Assembly (NCBI GenBank): GCA_963793425.1
Contig: CAWCAG010000007.1
Coordinates: 288,001 to 352,000, forward strand
Source: an uncultured cyanobacterium
GTDB taxonomy: Bacteria; Cyanobacteriota; Cyanobacteriia; Cyanobacteriales; CAWCAG01
Direction of reading: 5' to 3'
DNA length: 64,000 nucleotides
The notes beneath the pieces were generated by a model. That model was not told the origin of the DNA. It saw only the letters and a list, made by a program, of their open reading frames with translations, and did no database searches. The position numbers and the translations under genes are program-made. Positions within the stretch are counted from its first letter, which is position 1, and each line of letters starts with the position of its first letter. Positions 50,907 to 62,060 of the stretch are shown here, one piece after another.

Positions 50907-52430
50907 TTACAAGGTGTAAATTGCTCCATATTTAGTTTTGATGTAATTCATTAGGGGGTCAATACGTAACTTCGTACCTGTAACTAACTTAATCAACTCT
51001 TCTGGAGTGTACTTTTTGCCATGTTGGTGAATATTTTCTTTCAGCCAACTGTGTAATGTGCTAAAGTTGCCTCTGGCGATCTGAGCCGGAATTTCTGGGT
51101 GAGCCAATGTAGCCGCATCAAAAAACTGGCAACCGATTAAATTACCCAAAGTGTAGCCTTGGAACATACCACCGATTTTTCCTGTATACCAGTGAACATC
51201 TTGTAAAACCCCTTCCCTATCGTTAGCAGGGGTAATACCAAGGTTCTTAAAGTAAAGCTCATTCCAAGCATCAGGGAGGTCTTGAATAGATAAACTACCT
51301 TCGAGCATTCGGATTTCGAGATCAAAGCGGATCATAACGTGGAGATTATAGGTTACTTCATCAGCATCAGTACGAATTAAGGATCTCTTAACTTTATTGA
51401 TCGCTCGGTAAAAAGTATCTAAAGGTACTTGATTTAGTTGTTCTGGGAAAAAGGCTTGTAATTTAGGATAGAAAAATGTCCAAAATCCTCTACTACGACC
51501 AACAATATTTTCCCAAAGGCGAGACTGACTTTCATGAACTCCAGAAGAAGTACCGCTAGCAAGAGGAGTTCCTTCATAACAGGGATCTATTCCTTGTTCG
51601 TATAAACCATGACCCATTTCATGAATAGTGCTGAAAAGAGCTTGATCAAGATCATTTTCATAAACGCGGGTAGTAATGCGTACATCTCCTATAGAAAAAG
51701 GAATCATGAAAGGATGGTGGGTTGTATCCTGTCGCCCTCTTTGGAAATCATAACCTAGCTGTTTGATAATTCTTATGGTAAAGTCTAACTGCTGTGCTTC
51801 AGGATAATGTTGGTGCAAACAACTATCATCAGCAGGTTCTTGGCCGCAAATTGTCTCGACAAGAGGGACTAACTCTTTTCGTAGTTGCTTAAATAGCTGT
51901 CGTACGCTAGAAGTTTTCATGCCGTAGTCAAGCTGATCAATTAGAGGATCAGCAATATGTTCGTAGCCAGGGAAGAAATTTGCATATTCTCGACTCAGTT
52001 CTAAAGTTTTTTCTAGGTAGGGCTGAACAGTTTTAAAATCGTTGGCAGGCCTTGCTTTAGCCCAAACTTCATAGGTCTTAGTTTGGTGTTCCGATAACTT
52101 AGCCATAAACTTCCCTGGAACCTGCACTGCCTTTTCGTACTTGCGACGAGTGACACGGATTAAACTAGCATCATCTGATTCGTAGGGGAGGTTGTTTTCG
52201 TAGGAGCGTAAATGCTCTATAAGCTGACCAAATTCTTCAGAAGTAAACTTTTCGTGAGCAATTTGATCTAAGGTTGCTAGTTGTTCTCCTCTTGCCCTAG
52301 CACCTCCAGGAGGCATATAAGTTGCTTGATCCCAATAGAGTAAAGCTGCAGCGCATTCGAGATGATTTATTTCCTTGAGACGAATTTTTAATTCTTGAAA
52401 TTTTGGATGAGTTTTTTCGAGAGTTTGCAT
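50907..52430 (-). CDS. M32 metallocarboxypeptidase (Taq-type)
   Basis: HPF, DVRITTR, HEMGH, HESQS, IRTDADE, QDVHW. Confidence 0.95.
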   Translation of the reverse strand: MQTLEKTHPKFQELKIRLKEINHLECAAALLYWDQATYMPPGGARARGEQLATLDQIAHEKFTSEEFGQLIEHLRSYENNLPYESDDASLIRVTRRKYEKAVQVPGKFMAKLSEHQTKTYEVWAKARPANDFKTVQPYLEKTLELSREYANFFPGYEHIADPLIDQLDYGMKTSSVRQLFKQLRKELVPLVETICGQEPADDSCLHQHYPEAQQLDFTIRIIKQLGYDFQRGRQDTTHHPFMIPFSIGDVRITTRVYENDLDQALFSTIHEMGHGLYEQGIDPCYEGTPLASGTSSGVHESQSRLWENIVGRSRGFWTFFYPKLQAFFPEQLNQVPLDTFYRAINKVKRSLIRTDADEVTYNLHVMIRFDLEIRMLEGSLSIQDLPDAWNELYFKNLGITPANDREGVLQDVHWYTGKIGGMFQGYTLGNLIGCQFFDAATLAHPEIPAQIARGNFSTLHSWLKENIHQHGKKYTPEELIKLVTGTKLRIDPLMNYIKTKYGAIYTL

Positions 52431-53135
52431 ATCTAGTTAATTATTTTGCTCCTGGTATAGTTTCTTTTCAATAGCCACTGGTTTTTAGATAAAGACCATA
52501 GGTCGAGAAACTTGAATTTGATAATTTTAATGCTACTGATCGCCCTGAAAATGCTCTTTGGTAAGAAAAGGAACTAAACAGATTTACTGATTGGAGAGAT
52601 TCTTACCTCGAAAGACCTGAAGACCAGAGGAAGAGTAGTAAGATTTAATAAAAAAGCACATAGTTCAGCCTGTAGCTTTGTCTACGGCTAAACTCCCACT
52701 TTTCATCAAATACCTCTTCACGGTTTTAGTAATTAAATAATGAAATGGGATTGTTTTCTCTAACAGGAAAAATATTATTGAAAACAAAGCCAAATCAGAT
52801 AATAGGTATGTGGCTACTACGCTTTTGAACCAATAACTACTGAGATTAAGCTAATAATTCGAGCATTTAGGCATTGACAAGCCGATCTCACTAGTTTGTA
52901 GATGCTGATTCTCAACTTCTTGGCTTGATGTTGGAAGATGATGGCATTTGAGCTAAACTCACCTTGACAACATCCGAGCTGTGATTATAGAGAGTAGTTT
53001 TCACTTATAACATTTCTATCGCTCTGAATCCATAGTTATAGGCAGATTTGCTACTAGTGGATGAGATAGCTAAAAGTTGAGAGGATGGATGGAATAGTTA
53101 GATTAAAGCTTATGCACCGCTCTTAAAGTACCAGT

Positions 53136-54328
53136 TTAAGCAATACTACCTCTTTTGCGAGTTTCCTTAGAGGAAATTCCCACATTACGCAAGCCAGCAC
53201 GAATCATTTGTTGTTCTAGTAAAGCAAAAAAACGGGCGCGATCGCCCCCCTGACTACTGCTTGATTGTGAGATTCAGCTAAAGCAACCGGATAACCATAA
53301 CCTTTACTAACTTGAGCCAGCACCAGACTCAAAGATTGGTCAAATAGCTGAGTATCTTCTGCTACCCAAATAGGAACTTCGATACGGGCAATTTCTGTTC
53401 CTACGTTAATGTAACAAAAGCAAATCTTTTGGCTAGCTTCGTATAATTCCAAAATTCGGGAGGAACTACGCCATAAAGGGCCTCTTTGTCCTGGTTCTAA
53501 ATTAACCGAGAGAGTTGTATCCCTTAAAGGCTCAATGATTTGACAAGGTAAAGAGTCTGGCTTACCGCCGCAATTGCTCAGACAATCAGGAGTTTCATAG
53601 GTACAGGCTTGCAGGCGTAGAAAATTTGTTGCTTCGCCGCTACGAGAAGCGCTGAGATAACCTAAAAAAGGAATTTGGGCTTGACGTAGCTCTTCCCAGG
53701 CTCCTAAGAGAGGGGTTAAAAGGAGTTCTTGGGCTTCTGTAGGTAAACCTTCTAAAAACCAATAAACTAGGGAACCATCAACCATCGCAAGGTTAGGAAT
53801 ATGCTGATGTGAACCTGGAGGGTTTACCCAACGACAGGCCATTTCTGCTAAAACTTGAGCTTCAGATACAGTACGGCGATGTCCCATCCACTCGTCAGTG
53901 CGAATGCCCCACTGACGGGAGACATAGAGGTCTTCTCGTTTATAAAATATTTCTGGTAGATTATCTAGTAGAGGATGTAAACTTTGACCATAGTGCAGCA
54001 TCACCCTACCAATATTAATTAAGTAACAATAGGCAATTTCGTGGTGGGAAGGAGAAATTTGCGAACCATCTGTGGCGAAGATACTATGACTTATGGGTGC
54101 TGGTTGAATATCAACACGAGTGTCAAGGGGTTCTAGGGGAACAGCCGCTTTGAAAATGAGGCGATCTTTCCAATCTTTTTGTCTTTCTACTAGCTTTTGT
54201 TGTTGGCTACAAGCTTGTTGTAATAGTACCTGCGCTCTTTCCCAGCGTTGGCGACTAGCGGTTGCTTCTCCCCGCAGATGTTGGCTAATGCTGGGGAGTT
54301 GTCCTGCAAGTTTGGCGAGATCGAGCAT
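53136..54328 (-). CDS. nurA: NurA-family nuclease with an apparent 1-bp frameshift near the 3' end
   Basis: ATDGSQI, DGSL, GYGYP.AL.E.H; conserved-looking tail GDRARFFALLE...RKRGSIA* lies in another frame past the C6 run at 53245-53250. Confidence 0.8.
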
Positions 54329-54357
54329 AGGGCAGTTTGACTTTAAACGGTAAATAG

Positions 54358-54888
54358 CTAAAAGCGAATCAAACTCTCACTTTTATCAGACTTAAGATAC
54401 TCTGTATTAACTCTAGATTCTCTAACTAGGGAAATTTTACCAGTGCGAGCAATTTCGCGAATGCCAAATTTACCTAACATTTGGACAATAGCAACCATTT
54501 TACCGGGATCTCCAACTACTTCTACTGTTAAAGTATCTTCAGAAGTGTCTACTACCCTGGCCCGAAAAATGTTAGCAATTTCAATAACTTCAGAACGGTT
54601 AGAAGTAGTGGCATTTACCTTGATTAGCATTAATTCTCTCTCTACACAAGGAACTTCCGTTACATCTTGAACTTTTAGTACATGAATGAGCTTATAAAGC
54701 TGTTTGATTAATTGCTCAATGCTGCGGTCATCTCCGGGGACTAACATGGTGATGCGGGAAATACCAGATTTTTCGGCTGGCCCTACAGCTAAACTTTCGA
54801 TATTGAAGCCTCGGCGAGCAAATAATCCAGCAATGCGGGTCAAAACTCCTGCTTCATCTTCAACTAATACGGAAATGGTATGCTTCAT
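54358..54888 (-). CDS. ilvN: Acetolactate synthase small subunit
   Basis: [36 protein letters not shown]. Confidence 0.96.
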   Translation of the reverse strand: MKHTISVLVEDEAGVLTRIAGLFARRGFNIESLAVGPAEKSGISRITMLVPGDDRSIEQLIKQLYKLIHVLKVQDVTEVPCVERELMLIKVNATTSNRSEVIEIANIFRARVVDTSEDTLTVEVVGDPGKMVAIVQMLGKFGIREIARTGKISLVRESRVNTEYLKSDKSESLIRF

Positions 54889-55050
54889 TATCTCTCCCTT
54901 GGTAGATGCAAAGTAAGAATTTAGTTGCTATGTTGTCCAAATTTAAGACCAATGACTTGATGGTTAATCTCTTCCTTGGTAGGTTACTTAACCGTCAATA
55001 TATTCTCATAATATAGATGATTAACTTTCAACTTTAGGAGTCAATTTGTT

Positions 55051-55416
55051 ATGGGTTGGTTAAAAAGAATTTTTGGTAAGGAAAAGAAATCTTCTCCAGC
55101 TAAAACTAAGAGTCAAAGTTCCGCTAGTTTTTCTGCACCTGCTAGCAGTAGCAAATCTAGTTCTAGTATTCCTCCAGAGAAAGTCGGTTTAGATGGAGAG
55201 TTTGATGAAAGTGGTTTGGCAAAAAGGGTCGCTTTAGCTTTTGATGAAGATGCACAATTAGATGATGTTGAAACCCTCTGGGTAGCTCAGCTTGGTAGTC
55301 AGGTGGTTTTGAAAGGAACAGCTCCTAGCCAGGATATTTTAGATAAAATGGTTTCTGTGGCTAAAAAAGTTGATGGAGCGGACAGCGTTTCTACTGAGCA
55401 AGTTACAGTAAGTTAA
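55051..55416 (+). CDS. BON-domain protein
   Basis: GL.GE.D.SGLAKRVALAFD, VVLKG. Confidence 0.8.
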   Translation: MGWLKRIFGKEKKSSPAKTKSQSSASFSAPASSSKSSSSIPPEKVGLDGEFDESGLAKRVALAFDEDAQLDDVETLWVAQLGSQVVLKGTAPSQDILDKMVSVAKKVDGADSVSTEQVTVS

Positions 55417-55466
55417 GGGAATAGGGGCGGTTTTTGGTAAAGCTATGTTGCTGGCCAAAATTTCAA

Positions 55467-56390
55467 TCAACCCGCCCCCAAATCTCCAGGAAAATGTTTT
55501 TCCAACCAAGCTAACAATAAACCATTAAATCTTTCCGGACATTCGTCATGGAGGCAATGTCCTGCTTTATCCAACTCCACTAGCTCTATTTTGGGATTGA
55601 GTTCAGCTAGGGGGGCCGCTAAGGCAAAAGGAACCATACGATCTTCTGTTCCCCAGAGAAGAAGTATAGGTACTGTTAAATTAGGTAAAATAGTTTGGGC
55701 AGAAGGCGCAAAGTCAAGAGCGCTAGCACCTCGAAACAAACTGGCAAAAGTCTTGTCTGCATCTTCATCAAGAGCAGGAGCAGTTAAGATCCCCACTAAT
55801 TCTTCGGTAATAGCACTTGGTTGGGTATAAGCTACTTTAGCCCAAACACTAATGACTTTAGGCTGTCTTACTACCTTAAAAATCATCTTTAATAAAGGGG
55901 GAAAGGCAATAAGGCTTTTGGTTTTGGCTTCTAAAGATTTAACCCACCTAGGTAGATTTTTTTGTAGCAGGGAAGTATCTGGCACACTGATCATTGCTAT
56001 ACCTGCAACCATGTCTGGGTGAGCAGCAGCAGCAGCAAAACAGACTAAAGAGCCGAGAGAATTTCCCACCAAAACCACAGGACGCTGAATAAAAGTTTGC
56101 CAGAAATCGTAAACCTGCTCAACCCAAAGGGCAATACTATAATCTGTATGAGCTTTTTTTGAGCCACCGAAGCCTAATAAATCTAAAGCATAAACATTAT
56201 GTTCTTTGCCTAAAATTGGTAGATTAGAGCGCCAATGCTCAATGGATGCGCCGAAACCATGTAGTAGAATAAGTGGCGTTTTCGATTGCTGAGCAAAAGC
56301 GAGGGGCCGTACAAAACTGTAGCGAGTTTGCCAACCTCGCCATACCCAGTCTCTTTGGTTTCCTATACGCTGTTGCCAATTGATTGACAT
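55467..56390 (-). CDS. Alpha/beta hydrolase
   Basis: LHGFGAS..HW, DLLGFG.S, GNSLG, GHC.HDE. Confidence 0.92.
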   Translation of the reverse strand: MSINWQQRIGNQRDWVWRGWQTRYSFVRPLAFAQQSKTPLILLHGFGASIEHWRSNLPILGKEHNVYALDLLGFGGSKKAHTDYSIALWVEQVYDFWQTFIQRPVVLVGNSLGSLVCFAAAAAHPDMVAGIAMISVPDTSLLQKNLPRWVKSLEAKTKSLIAFPPLLKMIFKVVRQPKVISVWAKVAYTQPSAITEELVGILTAPALDEDADKTFASLFRGASALDFAPSAQTILPNLTVPILLLWGTEDRMVPFALAAPLAELNPKIELVELDKAGHCLHDECPERFNGLLLAWLEKHFPGDLGAG

Positions 56391-56648
56391 GGTGAGACGA
56401 TCAAGTTAACTTTAAAAAGTTTTACAACATTATTGTAATCAATGGCAATTTTTTAAGTTATGGGTTAGAAGGTTGGTAAGGATAAAATTAAACTTGTGGT
56501 TCCTATGAATTAGACAAATTTAGAACATAAGTTAACAATCTCAACAGAATTTTCTTAAAAGTCAGTAAAATGGCCAATACATTCAGTCTGACTTTCCTAG
56601 TCAATTACTAAAAAACACTATTAATTTAAGCAGATTAAAAATACGCCT

Positions 56649-57176
56649 GTGAAAGACAGAAGACGCAATCGCGATCTACCCCAAATTAACGAAAGGATTC
56701 GTTTTCCAACAATCCGTGTCATTGATAACGAACGCAACCAGCTAGGAATTCTTTCACCAGAAGAAGCTTTGAATATAGCTGAAGAAAGAGGGCTGGATCT
56801 TGTCTTAGTCAGTGAAACCGCAGATCCTCCTGTTTGCCGCATTATGGATTACGGCAAATACAAATTTGAGCAGGACAAAAAAAAGAAAGACGCAAAGAAA
56901 AAACAGCATACTGCTGATGTTAAAGAAGTTAAGATGCGCTACAAAATTGAAGAACACGATTACAACGTACGTGTTAATCAAGCAGAACGCTTTTTAAAGT
57001 CGGGAGATAAGGTGAAAGCGACTATTACTTTCCGAGGTAGAGAAATTCAGCATTCAGATTTAGCCGAAGCTTTACTTAAGCGTATGGCTGATGACCTCAC
57101 TGAATTGGCGGAGGTTCAGCAAGCGCCGAAAAGAGAGGGACGCAATATGATGATGCTTCTTTCTCCTAAGAAGTAA
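56649..57176 (+). CDS. infC: Translation initiation factor IF-3
   Basis: [35 protein letters not shown]. Confidence 0.97.
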   Translation: MKDRRRNRDLPQINERIRFPTIRVIDNERNQLGILSPEEALNIAEERGLDLVLVSETADPPVCRIMDYGKYKFEQDKKKKDAKKKQHTADVKEVKMRYKIEEHDYNVRVNQAERFLKSGDKVKATITFRGREIQHSDLAEALLKRMADDLTELAEVQQAPKREGRNMMMLLSPKK

Positions 57177-57206
57177 GTCTCTGGCATTTACTTGAAATAA
57201 CTGGGT

Positions 57207-57242
57207 AGGTTAGCATGACATTGAGCTGTGCTAACCTTATAT
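57207..57242 (+). terminator. Stem-loop after infC
   Basis: AGGTTAGCA...TGCTAACCT. Confidence 0.5.
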
Positions 57243-57416
57243 ATTCTCAAACAATTGCTAGGACTATTTGCCCCTTGCTCTAGGCAGATGACAAATGAAA
57301 GGTAATTTCCTTAAAACTAGTTATGCCTTCTATCATCCTTAATAGCAAGGCATAATTGTTGCTTTTATAGCAGTTTTTCAGGAGGTTGACTATTTTATGA
57401 GTCCTCCTATAACTAA

Positions 57417-60400
57417 ATGACGAATGACAGCATCTCAATGAAACTGCAAACTCGCTCTCGTACTAAGGGCGATTGGAAAAGAAAAGTTCTTCAGGGTTTA
57501 AATCTTCGTCCCGAAGAGGGAGAACGAACTCTTTTTATGTTCGTTTTCTATACTGCTACTTCCATCGGGTTAATTTGGTTAGAGCAAGTAACCGTTGCCA
57601 TATTTTTGGCGGAATTTGGCGTTGAGTTATTACCGGTAATTTATATCGCTAGTGCCTTGATGGGTTCTGCTTTGGGTTTTTCTTATTCTTTACTGGAAAA
57701 ATTTCTACCTGTACGCAAAGTCTTACTAACGGTTTCTTTGGTCATGGCTTTACCGTTAGTCTTGTTTCGGGTTGGTTTAGAGCTTCAGTATTTTAATGGC
57801 ATTATTGCTTTAGGAACAGCGTTTGCTTTGCGACTATGGATGGATGCGGAGGATATTCTTAATGACCTCAATGCTCAAGTTGCAGCTAACCAAATTTTTA
57901 ATATTCGAGAAATCAAGCGTACCTATCCTTTGGTGGCTAGTGGGCTTTTAGTTGGAGATGTGGTTGCTGGTTTCTCTTTGCCGCTACTGTTAGTCTTTAT
58001 GCAAACTAAGGATGTAATTATTCTCGCTTCTATTGTCATGTTAGTAGGAGCAGGAACTCTTTATTTCCTTACCAAACGCTACAAGCAATCTTTCCCTGAC
58101 ACTCCAACTAGAGATTTAGACGAACTGCAAAAAGAATATGCTAGTAGCAGTATTAGCGCTTCTTTAAGGAAGTATATTGTTCCCCTCTTTGCTTTTTTTA
58201 TCTTGGGGGAAATTCTTTTTCTACTAGTAGAATTTCAGTATCTGGGGGAAATAGAAAGAGTCCTCACTGAAGAACAAATCGCTGGGTTTTTAGGCTTGTT
58301 TAGCGGTGTGTTGGGGATCTTTGAACTACTAACTCAGTTATTTATCTCCAGTCGCGCGGTGGAGCGTTTGGGGGTATTTGTGGCAGCAATGTTCCTACCT
58401 GTATCCCTCTCAATTCTAGGTTTGATCACCCTAATATTTGATGCCAACGTTGGTGCGAATGTTTTCAATAACATGGAGATTCTGTTTGTGGGGGTAATCG
58501 TTTTAAAGTTCTTTGACGAACTACTACGTTATACCCTCATTGCTGGCATTGAACCTGCTTTATTTCAACCTATACCAGAAAGAATTCGCGGTTCTATTCA
58601 AACGCGGGTACAGGGTATCGCTGAACCTCTATCTACCGGAGTGACTGGTTTAGGCATTTTAGGGGTAGTCTGGTTCGTTAACCACAAATTTGGGGAACTC
58701 TCAGAAACTGCAGCGCGACAGGTTCAAGGAGGTATATTTATTGGGGCAATTGTGGTTTTCTCCATTATTTGGGCTATAAGCGCTTGGCTGCTTCGTTCTA
58801 GTTATGTCAGTCTGTTAGTACAGAGCGCTGAACAAGGGCGTTTAGGTTTTTTGAGTGTAGACTTAAAAGCCTTTAAAAAAGCGATCTTAGAAGCCCTGCA
58901 AGAGAAAGAAGCAGAAGCAGATAAACTCTCTTGTATTCAATTATTAGAAAGGATTGATCCTCCAGGAGTTGGAGAGGTTTTGGCTCCTTTATTAGTAAAT
59001 TTATCCCCTGCCCTTCAGCGAGAAAGCTTAGGGGCAATGGTGAAATATCCTGACCAAGAGTTGCGCCCTTACGTTCAAAAAATTGTCGAACAGAAACCAA
59101 ATTTGGATGTTTTGGCCTTAGCTTTGCGGTATATGTGGCTATCTCAACCAGATTTAGATACTAATACCTTAATACCCTACTTAAACGAAAAAGTAGACCC
59201 GATTGTCAGGGGGACTGCGGCTAGTTTGATTTTGCGCCGAGGCAATCCTTATGAAAAGTCAGAAGCTACCAATACTTTAGAAAGAATGCTTTCTTCTAAA
59301 CGGGAACGGGAAAGAGCCATTGGTATTAAAGCTTTGCAAGAAGTGGATTATATGCCGCTCTTCGCGAAACGTTACTTAAGCGAACTTTTACAAGATGAAT
59401 CGGCTAGGGTTCGTTGTGCTTTATTAGAAATGATTGGAGTGAAGCATTTAGAGACATATTACCCTTCTTTGGTAAAAGGACTTTATTATCGTTCCACTCG
59501 CGAAGCAGCTAGAAATGCCTTAGTTTACCTTGGAGATGATGGTATTCAAATTTTCGCAGACTTAACCGAAGATATTCGTAAGCCGGATATGGTTAGGTTA
59601 CAGGGCTGGAATGCCCTAGCACAAATTGCCACCCCCAAAGCATTAACTCAATTAGTACAGCAGCTAATGAGTAACTGGGGGGGCAACCGTCGCAGTATTT
59701 TACGAATCTTACTAAAAATTCCCGGCGATCTCGGTATTGAAGCAGTCCTCGAACAGTTGGGGCGCAGCGGGGTAGAGACAATGATTGAGCAGGAATTACT
59801 TCTACTGGGACAAGTTTACTCTGCTTCTATTGATTTCGATTCAGAATTAGTTGTCGGCAGAGAAGCAAATTTGTTAAGGTCTGCCCTTAAGGATTTACAG
59901 TCAGATATTATGGATCGCTGTTTTCTGTTGATGAAGTTGCTTTATCCTGCCAGTGCCATTCAAGCAGCGATGTTTAATCTTAATTCTGATTCCCAGGCTA
60001 ATATTGCTTTGGGGTTAGAGATTTTGGATAATACCCTCGACCTACCTACCAAAGGGGTTTTCTTGGAACTGTTGGATCGCGGCACTACAGAAAGCAAACT
60101 TATTGCTTTAGAATCTTTACTCGATTATCAACCCATGAAACCCCCAGATCGCTTGCGTCACTTGGTGGAGTTTCGTCATTTTCTCTCTGATTGGTCTTTA
60201 GCTTGTTGTTTTTATTTAGCTCGTCAGGCACACTGGAGTATAAGCAAGGAAGCAACCTTAGTTTGCCTAGGCCATCCTAGTGCCTTTGTCCGAGAAGCTG
60301 TACTCGTTTACCTGCGCGAAGCTAGTCCTCGTACTTGTAGCGAATTACTATCGGTATTAAAAAATGATCCTAATCCTCTGGTTGCAGCTCAAGTGCAGCA

Positions 60401-60443
60401 GATTATTGGGGAAATGGGGCATCCTACAGCTTACAAAACTTAA
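57417..60443 (+). CDS. NTT/TLC-like MFS membrane domain fused to HEAT repeats
   Basis: About 12 TM N-terminal half (FNIREIKR.YP); HEAT-like helical C-terminal half. Confidence 0.8.
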   Translation: MTNDSISMKLQTRSRTKGDWKRKVLQGLNLRPEEGERTLFMFVFYTATSIGLIWLEQVTVAIFLAEFGVELLPVIYIASALMGSALGFSYSLLEKFLPVRKVLLTVSLVMALPLVLFRVGLELQYFNGIIALGTAFALRLWMDAEDILNDLNAQVAANQIFNIREIKRTYPLVASGLLVGDVVAGFSLPLLLVFMQTKDVIILASIVMLVGAGTLYFLTKRYKQSFPDTPTRDLDELQKEYASSSISASLRKYIVPLFAFFILGEILFLLVEFQYLGEIERVLTEEQIAGFLGLFSGVLGIFELLTQLFISSRAVERLGVFVAAMFLPVSLSILGLITLIFDANVGANVFNNMEILFVGVIVLKFFDELLRYTLIAGIEPALFQPIPERIRGSIQTRVQGIAEPLSTGVTGLGILGVVWFVNHKFGELSETAARQVQGGIFIGAIVVFSIIWAISAWLLRSSYVSLLVQSAEQGRLGFLSVDLKAFKKAILEALQEKEAEADKLSCIQLLERIDPPGVGEVLAPLLVNLSPALQRESLGAMVKYPDQELRPYVQKIVEQKPNLDVLALALRYMWLSQPDLDTNTLIPYLNEKVDPIVRGTAASLILRRGNPYEKSEATNTLERMLSSKRERERAIGIKALQEVDYMPLFAKRYLSELLQDESARVRCALLEMIGVKHLETYYPSLVKGLYYRSTREAARNALVYLGDDGIQIFADLTEDIRKPDMVRLQGWNALAQIATPKALTQLVQQLMSNWGGNRRSILRILLKIPGDLGIEAVLEQLGRSGVETMIEQELLLLGQVYSASIDFDSELVVGREANLLRSALKDLQSDIMDRCFLLMKLLYPASAIQAAMFNLNSDSQANIALGLEILDNTLDLPTKGVFLELLDRGTTESKLIALESLLDYQPMKPPDRLRHLVEFRHFLSDWSLACCFYLARQAHWSISKEATLVCLGHPSAFVREAVLVYLREASPRTCSELLSVLKNDPNPLVAAQVQQIIGEMGHPTAYKT

Positions 60444-60530
60444 GGCTGTTGATTGTATTTCAGGAAGTAGTTGAGTGATGTTTTTAATGTCTCTACAGCC
60501 CGTCATAGCAGAACTAATAACTAAACAAAA

Positions 60531-60974
60531 ATGTTAAGCAGTTTTGAACGCTTATTGTTTATCAGGCGCGTCTCCATTTTTCAGGAACTTCGGGATGAGT
60601 TTTTGGTTAAGTTAGCGTCAGCAATGGATGAGTTATCTTTTCCCTCTCAACACAACATTTTTCAACAAGGAGAGGAAGGACGTTCTCTTTATATTGTCGT
60701 TTCTGGGAGCGTAAAAGTTCACATTGGTGAAAGAGATTTAGCTCAGTTGGAAGAAGGAGCTATTTTTGGGGAGATGTCTTTGTTTGATGCTGAACCTCGT
60801 TCTGCTTCGGTGACAACTTTGAAACCATCAGAGTGTTTGACATTGAATCAATTACAACTCATTGATGCGATCGAAGAAACTCCAGAGATTGCTGTGAATA
60901 TAACTCGTTCTCTTTCCCGTCGTGTGCGGGATTTGAATGCCAAGTTGAATGCCGTTACCGCTGGTGGGACATAA
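60531..60974 (+). CDS. Stand-alone cyclic-nucleotide-binding domain protein
   Basis: IFQQGEEG.SLYIV.SG.V, FGEMSLFD.EPRSASV; no HTH. Confidence 0.9.
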   Translation: MLSSFERLLFIRRVSIFQELRDEFLVKLASAMDELSFPSQHNIFQQGEEGRSLYIVVSGSVKVHIGERDLAQLEEGAIFGEMSLFDAEPRSASVTTLKPSECLTLNQLQLIDAIEETPEIAVNITRSLSRRVRDLNAKLNAVTAGGT

Positions 60975-61698
60975 CCTTTTATAGAGCAAATACTCTGTTA
61001 GGTTGATTTTTTAAGGAAGTTTGACACAGAGCTTAGGTAAATTGGTTCGATGTCTGAATGCGGCGGAAAACAATGGATTACTCGTAAGATGACATTTTGT
61101 CAATAGCTGATTGAATTGTTAACAAAAAAGAAAGATTTGTATTATTAACTGTAGTATCTTCAAATTCTTTGTTCTAAGCTGTTTGATTTAAAGAAAAATT
61201 CGGTATGGTAGGGGTTGTACTCGGTTGAATATTTTTTTAAGCAAGGCAAAGGCAACATATCATTTTTTCTAAGCTATTGCTAATTCTATTACAAAAATGA
61301 GGGCTTTAAACAGCTTATTAACTCGTTGTTAATATATCTTCATGACGATAGTCAGAAAGTGCTTAGGTTTTAATAATCTAATGATTAGATGTTTCTAAAA
61401 TAATTTTACTTATGAATCCTTACTTTACTCGCAATCCTTATTCTCATAACAGCTTATCTATCCAAATTTGTTCTTTTGGTTTTAATGGAGGAATAGGTTC
61501 AAGATTATAGTCGAGGACAGAATCTAATCTGGAACGCTGATAGATTCCTAATCATAAACCTTGATAAGTTCAAGAGGAGTTCGGTATCTCCTGAACTGAT
61601 AAGAATTTTTTGTTGGATGCACGGGTCAATTATAATAATTATTCGAGTTGTTAGCTTTTGCTCAAACTCTTTACACTGCCCCTTATTTGATAAAGATT

Positions 61699-62001
61699 AT
61701 GCAAACTTACTATTACGCTTTAGCTAGTCAAAAATTTCTGCTTGAAGAAGAACCTTTTGAAGAAGTTCTCCAGGAACGTACTCGTAACTATCAAGAAAAT
61801 AATAAAGAAATTGATTTCTGGTTAATGAAAGAACCTGATTTCCTCAATTCTCCAGAATTTGCTGAGATTAAAGCTAAATGCCCTCAACCTTCTGTAGCCG
61901 TAGTCTCTACTAATAAGCAGTTTATTACTTGGTTAAAGCTACGTCTGGAATACGTTATGACAGGAGAGTTTCAAGGATCTTCGATTTTGACCCATCAGTA
62001 A
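61699..62001 (+). CDS. ycf54: Ycf54 cyclase auxiliary protein
   Basis: YYY.LASQKFLL.EEP.EEVL.ER; FITWLKLRL. Confidence 0.93.
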   Translation: MQTYYYALASQKFLLEEEPFEEVLQERTRNYQENNKEIDFWLMKEPDFLNSPEFAEIKAKCPQPSVAVVSTNKQFITWLKLRLEYVMTGEFQGSSILTHQ

Positions 62002-62060
62002 TCGTTTTTTTACCGAAAAAGAGGTAAGGATAAATAAAGGAGCGATTCCAGGAGTAATTA

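Noticed and set aside
52672..52685. GTA-N8-TAC upstream of the M32 peptidase
   Set aside because: No properly spaced -10 box; chance occurrence is likely
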